47,870 bases of DNA, taken from Candidatus Kaiserbacteria bacterium (GTDB taxonomy: Bacteria > Patescibacteriota > Minisyncoccia > Phycocordibacterales > JABMNX01). The position numbers and the translations under genes are program-made. The notes below the pieces were generated by a model. The model did not search any database and had not been told where the DNA came from. It worked only from the letters and a program-made list of their open reading frames with translations. Position 1 is the first letter of the stretch, and every line of letters begins with the position of its first letter. The stretch spans positions 1-47,870 of the forward strand of contig JABMNX010000035.1 in assembly GCA_013204405.1 (NCBI GenBank), written 5' to 3'. This document shows, in pieces, positions 1-10,122 of this stretch.

Positions 1-45
1 TATTCTATCCTCAACATCAATAAATTGCGGTACTTGGTATCGCAT
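1..45 (-). CDS. PrgI family (VirB3-like) protein, N-terminal fragment running off the window
   Basis: Reverse strand from ATG at 45 reads MRYQVPQFIDVEDRI, matching the VPQFIDVED start typical of CPR PrgI proteins; TATAAT 6 nt upstream; not in ORF track. Confidence 0.75.
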   Translation of the reverse strand, partial: MRYQVPQFIDVEDRI

Positions 46-109
46 ACCTTTATTATACTGTATTTAATACGTTATTTAAGTAAGCTATACACTTCTTTAC
101 GCAAGTGAC

Positions 110-640
110 TTACTCAATAGGTTCTCGGTAAGGATCAATTGGATAATTTTTTGTTGGACTAATCTTGATTTCTTTGCTTTGCTGCTTTACAACTGACTCG
201 AGCTTGTTGTGGATTGCTACAGGCGGTAGTGTCTTTGGTTGGACTGGATGGATTGAAGCATCTGTGGGTATTGGATTGGGGGTAATGGTGTGACTTACTT
301 CGGTATTTGATGACGGTGAGGCTGTTGACTCTTTTAGTGTATTTCGTATCGAGAGGAATATATCTTTTCCAACATCACGTGCTAATTGCCCTGCCTGCTC
401 ACTCGATATGTTTAGTTCTTTTTTTAGGTTTTCTTCATACTTCCCTGCCTGTTCTACCCCAAGGAGCACCATATAAGTTTCGTTTTCAAGAATTTGTCCT
501 TGGTCGAGGTGAAGTCGATATTTTTGTGCTATTTCGCGGAGTTTTTCAGCAACTTCAGTGGAGGTAATTGCTTCCTGTAGTTTTGGGGGGAGTTTTGCAA
601 ATCGCTCCTGTATCATGAGATGGACATTTGTTTTTTCCAT
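110..640 (-). CDS. Conserved hypothetical protein (C-terminal DPYREPIE)
   Basis: 176 aa ORF; helical N-domain similar to neighbour 642..1067, Pro/Thr-rich linker. Confidence 0.75.
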   Translation of the reverse strand: MEKTNVHLMIQERFAKLPPKLQEAITSTEVAEKLREIAQKYRLHLDQGQILENETYMVLLGVEQAGKYEENLKKELNISSEQAGQLARDVGKDIFLSIRNTLKESTASPSSNTEVSHTITPNPIPTDASIHPVQPKTLPPVAIHNKLESVVKQQSKEIKISPTKNYPIDPYREPIE

Positions 641-641
641 A

Positions 642-1067
642 TTATTTTAGGTTAGCGATAAGGTTTTTAATGTTTACAGTCTTACTATTTTTTCGTAAAA
701 GTTCTCGCATAGCATCCGCATCACTTTCTAAAGATTCCTTTACGTCCACTTCATTTACTACCTCGACTTCTTTTGGCTTTTCAGCTAGTGAGAAAATAGT
801 ATGAGTGAGCTCTCTAGTTAAGTTGTCCGCCTGCTCTTTTTCCATACCGAGCACCTCCATAAGGTCATCAGCAAATGTGTTAGGGTCTTCAACTCCCAAA
901 AGAACAAGCCCAACTTCGTTTAAAAGCATGTCAGTATTGGAGGGGTTTAGTGAGTATTTTTCAGCAAGACGAGTAACTTCTCGTGCGGTGTTTGGAGACG
1001 TAAGCAGGTCCTTTGTGTTTTGAGGAAGTGCGTTATATAGTTTTTCTAATTCTTGTTCTGTTGGCAT
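642..1067 (-). CDS. Hypothetical protein, paralogue of 110..640
   Basis: 141 aa; LP..KY.L..L.NE..LVLLGVE pattern shared with the adjacent ORF. Confidence 0.75.
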   Translation of the reverse strand: MPTEQELEKLYNALPQNTKDLLTSPNTAREVTRLAEKYSLNPSNTDMLLNEVGLVLLGVEDPNTFADDLMEVLGMEKEQADNLTRELTHTIFSLAEKPKEVEVVNEVDVKESLESDADAMRELLRKNSKTVNIKNLIANLK

Positions 1068-1078
1068 AGTCTATATTA

Positions 1079-3385
1079 TTAGCTTTTTTTCTCTTTGTTA
1101 AATTCTTGCTTAGCCTCTTTTGCTTTTCGTTCTTTGTTTTGTAGGTCGTTTTTTGTCTCTTCCTGGTCTGAACGTGTTTCTCGTAGTTTTCTCTTTGTCT
1201 CTAATTGCTCTGCTTCCAAATCTTTAATAGTTTTTTCAACCCTGTCCGACCTGGCAGTATCATTTTTAGCTATTGATTTTCGCTCATCCTCCGCGTGTTT
1301 TAATTTAAGAGTGACATCATCGATATTACTTTGGATTTCGTTTAGTCTTTTTTGTGACTCCCTATTAAAGGTTTTAAGCGCCTCACTCGTTGCGGTGCTT
1401 CCTCTGTTAGTTTCAGCGTGTTTTCTCATTTCTTTAGCTACCTTCATGTTTGCATCGTATATTGATGGTGAGATTACTTGGTCTATTACAAAGTCAGCGG
1501 ACTTAATTGTACCCCGTGTGACTCGTGCTGCTGTGCTATTTTCCAAGAAGTTACTCATTCTTGCACGTCTGTTCTCACGTATTTTCTTTGTATTTTTAAT
1601 CTCCGATTCAGCAGCTGCCAGTCCTTTAAATCCACTTAGGGCAGGATCCTTTCTAGCCCTATCCAGGTTTTTTTCTAGTTTTGCAGCGTCTAGTTTACCC
1701 AAGACACTATTAACGGCGCCACCTACACTATCGCCCATAACATTTGCAACTGTTTGTGCGACACCGGTTTCAAGGTTTTTAGCATATTCTTCCCTTAATT
1801 CATTTTTTCTTTTTTCTTTGTCCTTTTTATCTAGGGTTCCTTTATCTATTTCCGACTTAGTCATAGCTTCAATAGCATCCTCCCCTGTTTTATGTCGCCG
1901 TTCTTCCATTTTCTTCAAAGTAGCTTGGTAACCTCCTTCTTGAGGTTTTCCTACAAAGTTAGCTGCACCTGAAATATTTCCAAGGGGTTTTCGCGCGTCA
2001 AAGCTTGATTTTGCAGTACCCTGTAATCCACGAAGCAAAGCCCCGCCAACTTTTGGTGAACGGAGTGCCATTCTTCCAGCAAAATTAGATTCTGATGCAA
2101 ATTTTGCACCCCGTCCGACAGTTGCTCGTCCAAACGCACCAGCTAGACCAAATGGAAGTCGCAAAGCAGTCCGTGTTCCAAACTTACCAAGATTCTTCCC
2201 TACTTTTGTAAGTCCCTCAGACCCTTTTATAGAAAGCTCATTAGCTATCATGATTGAAGCAAGCATGAGTGATATCAGAATAATAAAATTAAGCATCATA
2301 CCAATACTTGCCGACCGTTCTTGCGGGTTAGGAGAGAATGAATCAAGTAATCCAGCATCCTTACCAACAAAAGTTGCGGTAATGTCCGGGATAATATTTG
2401 CTATAACCCAGAACAACATCAAGAGTACGGGAGCAAAAATGGCGTATTGCCACAGTTTACTCCACCATTTGTCTGTCCATTTCTGTGTGTTTGGTACCAC
2501 AAATGCAGCAAATGCAAGTGGCGAGAGTATAGCAAGTAGAATAAAGCCAACAGCTCGAGTGATGAGCATGATTGCTGCGAATATAAAAACAAACGCTGTA
2601 ATCATTAAGAAAATTGAGGTAAATATTGAGTACAAAAACATAAGACCAAACCCACCAGACGGTGAGTAGTTGAGTTCATTTAATGTTTTAAGTACATTAT
2701 CTGTTTCCCATATACTCGTTACTCCGAGGTGTTGCATAAACGTGTTTGCAATTCCATTACTCCCGTCACTGTCCGATACAGAGGCCCCTTGGTAGAATTG
2801 GAGTGCAAAGATATTTGAAGAGTCAATTACAAATTTAGTAAAGAAAAGACTAAAATTGATTATAAGCGCAACTATAATGAGTCGTGCCAGTAGTTTTTTA
2901 TACCCGTAATTTGTTGCACCAAGAATTGTTGATATAGCGATCGTTAAGAGTCCAAATATAAAAAATATATTTGCGAGGTCTCGAAGCGTTCCCCACGCAG
3001 AGTCTATACCCTCTATTGCTGTGAAGTGAGTTCCAAACTTTAAAACAGTTTCAAGAACAGTGAAGTTGAGAAGTTGTCCTGCAATGTACACAAAGAAACT
3101 AGAAATAAAAATTGGCAACAGGGCGATGTTTTCCATGAGGGCATTTATGTTGTTTTCAAAAACATCTGCCCATGTATGGGATGACCTGATTATTCCATCT
3201 TTACCTCTCGCGAGTCCTTTTTTAGCCAAGTCTGCATCTGACTGTTTTTGTACTGGCGTCGTGGTTTCTTGAGCCAGTGCTTTTGTAGTATATATTTCTA
3301 GAGAAATAGACTGGGAATCTACACCAAACGATAGTGGAGTGTAGAGGAAGGTTAGTATAAGACTGATGAGAATAAATTTCTTCAT
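1079..3385 (-). CDS. TrbL/VirB6-like polytopic membrane protein with C-terminal coiled coil
   Basis: 768 aa; many TM segments; W..LRDLANIFFI, ALIINFSLFFTKFVID and LSPLAF..WW..L motifs as in CPR VirB6-like proteins. Confidence 0.7.
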   Translation of the reverse strand: MKKFILISLILTFLYTPLSFGVDSQSISLEIYTTKALAQETTTPVQKQSDADLAKKGLARGKDGIIRSSHTWADVFENNINALMENIALLPIFISSFFVYIAGQLLNFTVLETVLKFGTHFTAIEGIDSAWGTLRDLANIFFIFGLLTIAISTILGATNYGYKKLLARLIIVALIINFSLFFTKFVIDSSNIFALQFYQGASVSDSDGSNGIANTFMQHLGVTSIWETDNVLKTLNELNYSPSGGFGLMFLYSIFTSIFLMITAFVFIFAAIMLITRAVGFILLAILSPLAFAAFVVPNTQKWTDKWWSKLWQYAIFAPVLLMLFWVIANIIPDITATFVGKDAGLLDSFSPNPQERSASIGMMLNFIILISLMLASIMIANELSIKGSEGLTKVGKNLGKFGTRTALRLPFGLAGAFGRATVGRGAKFASESNFAGRMALRSPKVGGALLRGLQGTAKSSFDARKPLGNISGAANFVGKPQEGGYQATLKKMEERRHKTGEDAIEAMTKSEIDKGTLDKKDKEKRKNELREEYAKNLETGVAQTVANVMGDSVGGAVNSVLGKLDAAKLEKNLDRARKDPALSGFKGLAAAESEIKNTKKIRENRRARMSNFLENSTAARVTRGTIKSADFVIDQVISPSIYDANMKVAKEMRKHAETNRGSTATSEALKTFNRESQKRLNEIQSNIDDVTLKLKHAEDERKSIAKNDTARSDRVEKTIKDLEAEQLETKRKLRETRSDQEETKNDLQNKERKAKEAKQEFNKEKKS

Positions 3386-3388
3386 AAG

Positions 3389-5002
3389 TTATTGAGTTTG
3401 AGCGTCTGCCCTCTTGGGAAATTCACCACACGTAGCTAAGTTTAAGTTAGTTGTTACATTCATCGCTTCAGTAATATCTTGAATATCCTCCTTTTGCTGT
3501 TGAGCAATTACGAAATCTGGCTGCGAGTGGATAGTCTTGTTTTTTATAAGTGGATCAAGTTCATTCTCCATAACCCGTTCAACCCCAAACTGCGATGTTG
3601 CATTTTGGAGATTTTCTTTGATAACAAGTAGCCGTGATATATTGTTTTGAGCTTGTTCAATCTCATTTGTTAATAGAGTCTGAAGTGGAGTAAGACTTGC
3701 AGTAATTGTTGACGTTGCTGAATTCATCCTCTCTGTTGCAGTAGCACGTTCGTCGAGTGTTAATGTTGGACTTTGGGTTGTTGATAGTTTGTCTGCATAA
3801 CACTGTGACAGTGATTCAAGAAGGCTTTCTGATGCATTAAGTCGCGCTACAGAGACGTTTTTCGCACTGATGTATTGGTTTTCAGTGCTAATAGAGCCAT
3901 CAACTACGGTTAACCCATAACTACGAAACTCCGTTTCAGAGTTTTGTGCGGAACTTTCTACAAGTTGGTCAACGTATGATGGTTGACTAAAGCTGTTACG
4001 ACTAAGTCCTGAGAATCCATTCTTAGAACCCCCAAGGACTTGGTTGGCTAATTGTCCAAGAAGTGCTCCAATAATCTCATTAATTTCATCAGCAAGTTCA
4101 AGTTGTCGAAAACCAGAACCAATAACTTGACTTAATTGTTCATTAATAACAACTCCTGGGGTTGCTATTCTACAATTGAATCTACCTACTGATATATTAG
4201 CGCTGTTGTTAGGGTCTTGTGTCCCACCAGAATCACATACTTCGTATGACTTGAAACCACGCCCCCAATCAAGAATACTTTGTTGACTAGCTTGGGCGCT
4301 CGTAACTGATTTTCGTGCTGCTTGGCGAGACCCTAAAAAAGAACCGTATGCATTGTTGTGTGGGTTTATTGAGAGCTCAAACCATGAGTCCCACGCATTC
4401 CCTGAACTAAAGTCTCCAAATGAATCTTGTACATTCTGAATTGCACCAGTGAGAGTACAAGAGACTCTGTCTCTTGTAGAAGCGTAATAATCAAGAGCAA
4501 GATTGATGCGGATATTTATTTGGAATGGACTACATAAGAAAGCAAGTTCCGAACCCTCGATGTATGTTCCGAGTACTTGGTCTCCTACGTCAAGTAAAAA
4601 TCCCTCAAGATCAGTGATGAATGCTGGGTCGCCCTCAAAACCACTGTTAATCCAATTTACAATACTTCGTGTTAAGCTCGATATAAGCACCTCACGAATC
4701 ACTGTTGTAAGTCCGTCGAGTACACAATCTTTATTTTTTATCGCACCCGTATTTGAAGTGACGGGAGAGTCATTAACTGGAACTACTAACCCGACAATAC
4801 TTGCACCTACCCCTAAAATACCTTCTATGTATCCTCCTGCAAGACATCCGAGTGAACCCGCAGCACCTGAGATTGTGGAGCTACCACGGTTTCCATCATC
4901 AGGTATGGCGTATGCAGTGGGAACAAAAATCCCAAAACTAAGTGGAGTTATAATTACTACTATAAGCGCGAGAGCAATGGTGTTTTTAGTAAAAAAATTC
5001 AT
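3389..5002 (-). CDS. Secreted or membrane-anchored hypothetical protein
   Basis: 537 aa; signal peptide ending AYA; paired Cys; IVNWINSGFEGDPAF motif. Confidence 0.7.
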   Translation of the reverse strand: MNFFTKNTIALALIVVIITPLSFGIFVPTAYAIPDDGNRGSSTISGAAGSLGCLAGGYIEGILGVGASIVGLVVPVNDSPVTSNTGAIKNKDCVLDGLTTVIREVLISSLTRSIVNWINSGFEGDPAFITDLEGFLLDVGDQVLGTYIEGSELAFLCSPFQINIRINLALDYYASTRDRVSCTLTGAIQNVQDSFGDFSSGNAWDSWFELSINPHNNAYGSFLGSRQAARKSVTSAQASQQSILDWGRGFKSYEVCDSGGTQDPNNSANISVGRFNCRIATPGVVINEQLSQVIGSGFRQLELADEINEIIGALLGQLANQVLGGSKNGFSGLSRNSFSQPSYVDQLVESSAQNSETEFRSYGLTVVDGSISTENQYISAKNVSVARLNASESLLESLSQCYADKLSTTQSPTLTLDERATATERMNSATSTITASLTPLQTLLTNEIEQAQNNISRLLVIKENLQNATSQFGVERVMENELDPLIKNKTIHSQPDFVIAQQQKEDIQDITEAMNVTTNLNLATCGEFPKRADAQTQ

Positions 5003-5913
5003 TATGATGTGACGCCTTTAGCGAGTAAATATGTTTTTAGTCGCTCGACCGATGCTTTGATAAGGTCTTCTCCTTTCGTATATCCATTTACCGCAACAAG
5101 AGCTGTGAGAGGATCATCTTCTACATGAATCATTGTATCAAGAACTCCAGAAAAAAAACTAAAAGCATTGAGTATATCTACATGTATTTCCACAGCTTCT
5201 ATTGGAACAGAGACAAGTAGCATGTTTGATATGGTGTCTTCATACGCACTTTTTGCAAACTCTAATTTTGTAAATCCGTTTTTATCCCCCCCATCAACAA
5301 TTTGTGCAAATGTAATGAGCTCGTCTTCAGTGACAGAAAATAATGGAACCCATGCTTCATTAAGCGCGGTTCGGTATGTACGTGCACGGACCTTTGAGTC
5401 TTGTTGTTCTTGAGTATCAATAACAACATCATCTTCTGTATACGTTTTATATAAAATAGTTGGGAGACTACTTTCAACAAGCCCTGCCACAAAATTTTCT
5501 TCAATATTTGTTCCTAGGTAGCGTCGTTTTTTTAAGTCGATATACCCTTCGAATAATTGAAACGCTAATTTTTCAGTACCAGGGAGTTCATCTATCTTAC
5601 TTCGGTCAATTCCTCCAGATGATTTTATTTCGTCACTATTCTCCTCCCCGTCTAAGATTCCATCTCCGTCAGTATCGGGGTTTTGCGGGTCAGTTCCAAA
5701 TAGTATTTCCTCCCAGTCTTTAAGTCCGTCAGAGTCAGAGTCGATTGCTACTGTCTTAGTAACTATTTTTTTTAGGTCGTCATTTACCTGTAAATTTTTT
5801 ACTGTAGATTTATTACCCGTATTGCCTGTAAAGAAAAAGGCACCGCCAATAAGCAGTGTCCCAATGACTACGGCGATAAGTACAACGTTTTTCTTTAAGA
5901 AACGCCCCTCCAT
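5002..5913 (-). CDS. Membrane-anchored protein with thrombospondin type-3-like Ca-binding repeats
   Basis: N-terminal TM; DSDSDGLKDWEE and DTDGDGILDGEE. Confidence 0.75.
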   Translation of the reverse strand: MEGRFLKKNVVLIAVVIGTLLIGGAFFFTGNTGNKSTVKNLQVNDDLKKIVTKTVAIDSDSDGLKDWEEILFGTDPQNPDTDGDGILDGEENSDEIKSSGGIDRSKIDELPGTEKLAFQLFEGYIDLKKRRYLGTNIEENFVAGLVESSLPTILYKTYTEDDVVIDTQEQQDSKVRARTYRTALNEAWVPLFSVTEDELITFAQIVDGGDKNGFTKLEFAKSAYEDTISNMLLVSVPIEAVEIHVDILNAFSFFSGVLDTMIHVEDDPLTALVAVNGYTKGEDLIKASVERLKTYLLAKGVTS

Positions 5914-5946
5914 GCCCTTAGTATAGCAGTGTTTAGCGGTATGTTC

Positions 5947-6669
5947 CTAGAACGGAAGTGTGAATAGAGAGCCAGGTTCAAATTTATCAAAATAAACACC
6001 CCGCACTCGAAGATACTGAGCAAGGTTTAGGTAAGCATTGATGTATTGAGGAGGTACTTTGTTGTAAGCAGTTAACGCCTCTTCAGTTATTTTACTTTCT
6101 GAAAGTGTCCTTAGTGCATCGCCGACAACTTGATGTACAGACATAAAATCTTTATGGAACAGAGAAATAGAGGAGGGTGTTTCAATAGATAATAATTTGT
6201 TTGATATATTTATATACCGTTTACTAAGAGAGAGTAGTTCGTTACGAGCGTTTTGGTCCTCAGGTTTAGTAACAAATGCGCTGAGAATACTGACTTCATC
6301 AAGTGTCTCTGGTAAGTATGTATCACTTATCTTTCCCACCTCATTTCCATATTTTTTAAGTTCAGCACGTTCAATATTAGAGACTGGTATAGTTATTTCA
6401 TCTGTTGTTGACGTATCTTTTTGTAAAAATGTAGCCAATGATATTTTTTCTATTGAATGGAGCGTGTCTTCTGTGTTAGCGATATCTACTGATTGATAGA
6501 GAGGTAGTTTTTCGTTAGACCCTGATACAAAAAGAGAGGAAGATATGTTTTTAGTAGTACCCTGGGTTCCTTTGTTTTTTTTATTAAACGAAGGAATGAA
6601 AAGTAAAAAGAATACTAAAATAATTACAAAGGTAATTAAGGCACTTAGGCGTATAATAGGTAGTTTCAT
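5947..6669 (-). CDS. Membrane-anchored hypothetical protein
   Basis: 240 aa; N-terminal TM; helical C-domain loosely resembles the C-half of 5002..5913. Confidence 0.7.
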   Translation of the reverse strand: MKLPIIRLSALITFVIILVFFLLFIPSFNKKNKGTQGTTKNISSSLFVSGSNEKLPLYQSVDIANTEDTLHSIEKISLATFLQKDTSTTDEITIPVSNIERAELKKYGNEVGKISDTYLPETLDEVSILSAFVTKPEDQNARNELLSLSKRYINISNKLLSIETPSSISLFHKDFMSVHQVVGDALRTLSESKITEEALTAYNKVPPQYINAYLNLAQYLRVRGVYFDKFEPGSLFTLPF

Positions 6670-6706
6670 ATGGCTAGTATACCATTTACAGTGATATACT
6701 AAATCT

Positions 6707-7066
6707 ATGATTAGAAGTGAACTTACTAGCGAGATTCAAAAATTATTTGTGGCGATACTATTGTTTGTAATTGTATTTATATCTTTCCCGGTTGATGTAC
6801 AAGCTATTACCAAACCGTTTGGCGGGAGGACACTGACAGCTATTAGTTGTAGAAATGCGGTTATCTATACCATTATCGGACCACCTGTTGGGGGTAGTTA
6901 TATCTGGGGACCGTTTACACGGACATTTCTCTATGGACCACCCTCAGTTGGACGGTGGAACCTTGGTACAGCTGGACCACCAAGCATCTGTGTTGTGTCT
7001 ATTAATCCTCCTATATTTTTCTTTGGACTTACTATGATTATGCTCGGCACAAGCGGAGGTATCTAG
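6707..7066 (+). CDS. Small secreted Gly/Pro-rich hypothetical protein
   Basis: 119 aa; signal peptide ending VQA, PFGG motif, two Cys; TATACT 6 nt before ATG. Confidence 0.7.
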   Translation: MIRSELTSEIQKLFVAILLFVIVFISFPVDVQAITKPFGGRTLTAISCRNAVIYTIIGPPVGGSYIWGPFTRTFLYGPPSVGRWNLGTAGPPSICVVSINPPIFFFGLTMIMLGTSGGI

Positions 7067-7102
7067 ATTTCTATAGACTTTTGAGTGTAAATTGTCTTGA
7101 TA

Positions 7103-7885
7103 CTAGTCTAGGTGGTAAGTGATTTCTTTCCATGTTTTAAGTGGTATATCTTCAGCACGTATTTTTAGGTCTATAGAAAGCTTTTCAAATATCTGGGAGA
7201 GCTCTTTCCTATCTTTGATTTTTTCGAGGTTGTTAAGCACTTGTTTCCGTTTACTCGAGAACCCAGTTTTTATGGCTGTAAAGAAGGTTTCTTCTGATAT
7301 ATTTTTGAAGAAATCTCGCGAAATATCCGTAATTAAAAGGATTGCAGAGTCAACCTTTGGGGACGGTCGGAATGCTCCAGGTTTAATAGTTCCAATATAT
7401 TGTGGTGTTCCATATGCCTTAACACTTAATGACAATATACTTTCTTTGGTTTCCCGTGCGATACGTTCAGCAATTTCTTTCTGCACGATAAGGACAACTG
7501 TGTTTGGTTGGATAGTGTTTGTTAAAAGAGTACGAATAAGAATCCCAGTTATGTAATAGGGAATATTTGCAACAACTTTATATGAGCCATTAGTTATAGG
7601 AAATGTGCTGAAATCGCATTTTAAAATGTCATCATGAAAAAGTTCAAGTTTTTTATTTTTTATATCCTCTTTAAATGTTTCTTTTAGTTTTTCTACTAGT
7701 TCCCAATCTTTTTCAATTGCTATGACTTTTTTTGCGCACATAAGAAGTTCTTTTGTAAGTGCGCCATTTCCAGGGCCAATTTCGAGAACGATATCGTTCT
7801 TTGTTATACGAGCAGCTGCTACAGTTTTTTCAATTGTGTGTGGAGCAATGAGAAAATATTGACCGAGTGATTTTTTCGCAATCAT
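7103..7885 (-). CDS. rsmA: 16S rRNA m6,2A1518/1519 dimethyltransferase
   Basis: KKSLGQYFL, LEIGPGNGALT, VVANIPYYIT, PSPKVDS. Confidence 0.97.
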   Translation of the reverse strand: MIAKKSLGQYFLIAPHTIEKTVAAARITKNDIVLEIGPGNGALTKELLMCAKKVIAIEKDWELVEKLKETFKEDIKNKKLELFHDDILKCDFSTFPITNGSYKVVANIPYYITGILIRTLLTNTIQPNTVVLIVQKEIAERIARETKESILSLSVKAYGTPQYIGTIKPGAFRPSPKVDSAILLITDISRDFFKNISEETFFTAIKTGFSSKRKQVLNNLEKIKDRKELSQIFEKLSIDLKIRAEDIPLKTWKEITYHLD

Positions 7886-7895
7886 ATATTGTTTT

Positions 7896-9848
7896 TTATT
7901 CTATTATAAGCAAGTCTCCTCGTTTTTGAAACGCTTCCCCCTCAGTTTCAATATACTCATCAGGAATATCACTAATAAAATCAGACGGAAGACGAACTTC
8001 TCGTGAACCAAAAATCATTCGTGTTGATGCAAACGTTAAGAACACTTTTTTACGTGCACGGGTGAGTGCCACATAAAACAATCTCCTCTCCTCTTCACTG
8101 TCTCTGTCATCGTTTGAGTGTTGTGGAAATAAATCTTCTTCAAGCCCAGATACAAATACGTAATCAAATTCCAAACCTTTGGAAGCGTGTACCGTCATAA
8201 GCTTTACTGCGTCAGTTTCTTTTTCTAGAGAATCCTGATCAGTTGCGAGCGCAGCATCCTCAAGTAATTTTTCCATTCCCTCCTGAGGAGAGAAATTATC
8301 GTACTTTGTTGCTAGCGTCACAAGTTCGTACACGTTTTGTAGCCGCTCTAGGTTCTCCTCTTTGTGGCTGTCTTTTCCGCTTTTGAGGAGAGTTTCCAGT
8401 CCACTTTCCTTTAATATGTACTTCACTGTTTCTGACGGTTTGTGTGCGACACCATACTCACGAATATGGACAAGAAGGGTTTTAAAATCGTCGACCCGTT
8501 TTTTCATTACAGGAGAAAGTTCATGGTCACGTTTTTCAATCATCCGAAGTAGTGTTACCTTCCCTATTCCACGAGGTGGAACATCGATAATACGTTTAAT
8601 ATCGGCGGTATTTTCAGGATTATATGCCGCTCTCATAAACGAGAGAATATCTTTAACTTCTTTTCGTTCAAAGAAACGAGTCCCAAGAACTTGGTATGGA
8701 ATATCTTCGTATAAAAACACTTCCTCTAAAATTCGTGATTGAAAGTTTGTTCGGTACAGCACCGCGATTTCTTTGTGTGCCACACCATTTTTAACAAGCC
8801 TCTCTACTTCTTGTGTGATGTAGTGTGCTTCAGCTTCTTCATCATATCCACTAGATACAACAATTTTCTCTCCACTACTTTGTTTTGTGAAAAGTTTTTT
8901 TTCAACACGGTTTTTATTTTTTTCTATAATAGCATTTGATGCTCCAAGAATATTTTGTGTTGAGCGATAGTTTTCTTCAAGTAGTACTGTGGTTGTGTTT
9001 GGGTACGTGGTTTCGAAGTCGAGTAAGTTTTGGATATCTGCTCCACGCCAACTATAGATATTTTGGTCTATGTCCCCCACTACGCATATATTTTTAGAAG
9101 TTCCAGCGAGAAGTTCAGATATTCTATATTGAACTTTGTTTGTATCTTGGTATTCATCAATTAGAATATATTTCCATGTGTTGTTATATTTGTTTCGCAC
9201 ATCATCGTTATGTTCAAGTAAGACCATCATTTTTAAAAGGAGGTCGTCAAAGTCGAGTGAGCATTCTTTTTTAAGTATATCTTCATATCTTTCCCACACC
9301 TGTGAAACCACTCGCTTCATAAAATCGTTTCCTGCATTCTCTTGGTAAGATGGTAGAGAAATACCATCGCCTTTTGCACGAGAAATAAGGCCAAGGACCT
9401 TACGAGGTTCGAATTGTTTTTGGTCAACATCACTTTTTTTCATTGCCTCTTTTATTGCGCGTATGGAGTCACTCCGGTCGAAGATGCTGAAGTGTCGTTT
9501 TAAACCTAGTAACGTCGCATTCTCTTTTATAATATGCACCCCGAGCGCATGAAATGTTGAAACAAAAGGAGTTGGTGCACGGAGAGAAGATTGGGAGATA
9601 GGAAGATTAAGGTCTCTATCGCTTCGTATAAGTTCTAAAATACGCTCCCGCATTTCCTTTGCTGATTTGTTTGTAAAGGTGACAGCAAGTATTTCTTCCG
9701 GCAGTACCCCGTCTTTTAACAAGTGAAGCACGCGATGTGCTAGGACACGTGTCTTTCCAGCCCCAGCACCAGCAATGATAAGTAGAGGACCGTCTTTATG
9801 CAGTACTGCTGTGCGTTGATTTTCGTTTAAATCATCTAAGTAGTTCAC
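7896..9848 (-). CDS. pcrA: ATP-dependent DNA helicase PcrA/UvrD
   Basis: AGAGAGKT, DEYQDTN, VGDIDQNIYSWRGA, ENYRST, MTVHASKGLEF, EERRLFYVALTRA. Confidence 0.95.
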   Translation of the reverse strand: MNYLDDLNENQRTAVLHKDGPLLIIAGAGAGKTRVLAHRVLHLLKDGVLPEEILAVTFTNKSAKEMRERILELIRSDRDLNLPISQSSLRAPTPFVSTFHALGVHIIKENATLLGLKRHFSIFDRSDSIRAIKEAMKKSDVDQKQFEPRKVLGLISRAKGDGISLPSYQENAGNDFMKRVVSQVWERYEDILKKECSLDFDDLLLKMMVLLEHNDDVRNKYNNTWKYILIDEYQDTNKVQYRISELLAGTSKNICVVGDIDQNIYSWRGADIQNLLDFETTYPNTTTVLLEENYRSTQNILGASNAIIEKNKNRVEKKLFTKQSSGEKIVVSSGYDEEAEAHYITQEVERLVKNGVAHKEIAVLYRTNFQSRILEEVFLYEDIPYQVLGTRFFERKEVKDILSFMRAAYNPENTADIKRIIDVPPRGIGKVTLLRMIEKRDHELSPVMKKRVDDFKTLLVHIREYGVAHKPSETVKYILKESGLETLLKSGKDSHKEENLERLQNVYELVTLATKYDNFSPQEGMEKLLEDAALATDQDSLEKETDAVKLMTVHASKGLEFDYVFVSGLEEDLFPQHSNDDRDSEEERRLFYVALTRARKKVFLTFASTRMIFGSREVRLPSDFISDIPDEYIETEGEAFQKRGDLLIIE

Positions 9849-10122
9849 TAAAAAACTATAGCACAGTATGGATGTAAAGTGTCCTAAAGTGGCTCTATAT
9901 AAGGCTCTTACGGCCTACCTAGGCACATGTGTATTTCTCGTTGACTTTTAATGGGGAGGAGTTATAGTTGGTTGGTACTGGTAAGGAGGTTATTCTTGTG
10001 GCTCAGTAGAGCCATTAAGGATTTACATTACGGACTGCCTCGAGGGGCCTTCTCATAACATTTAGCTTATAAACTCAAATCAACAGGATTCCGACCCCTT
10101 ATATAATAGGGAAAAAGGGCGG

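Noticed and set aside
1095..1931. 278-aa plus-strand ORF
   Set aside because: Antisense shadow of the VirB6-like coiled coil; Ser/Phe/Leu-rich
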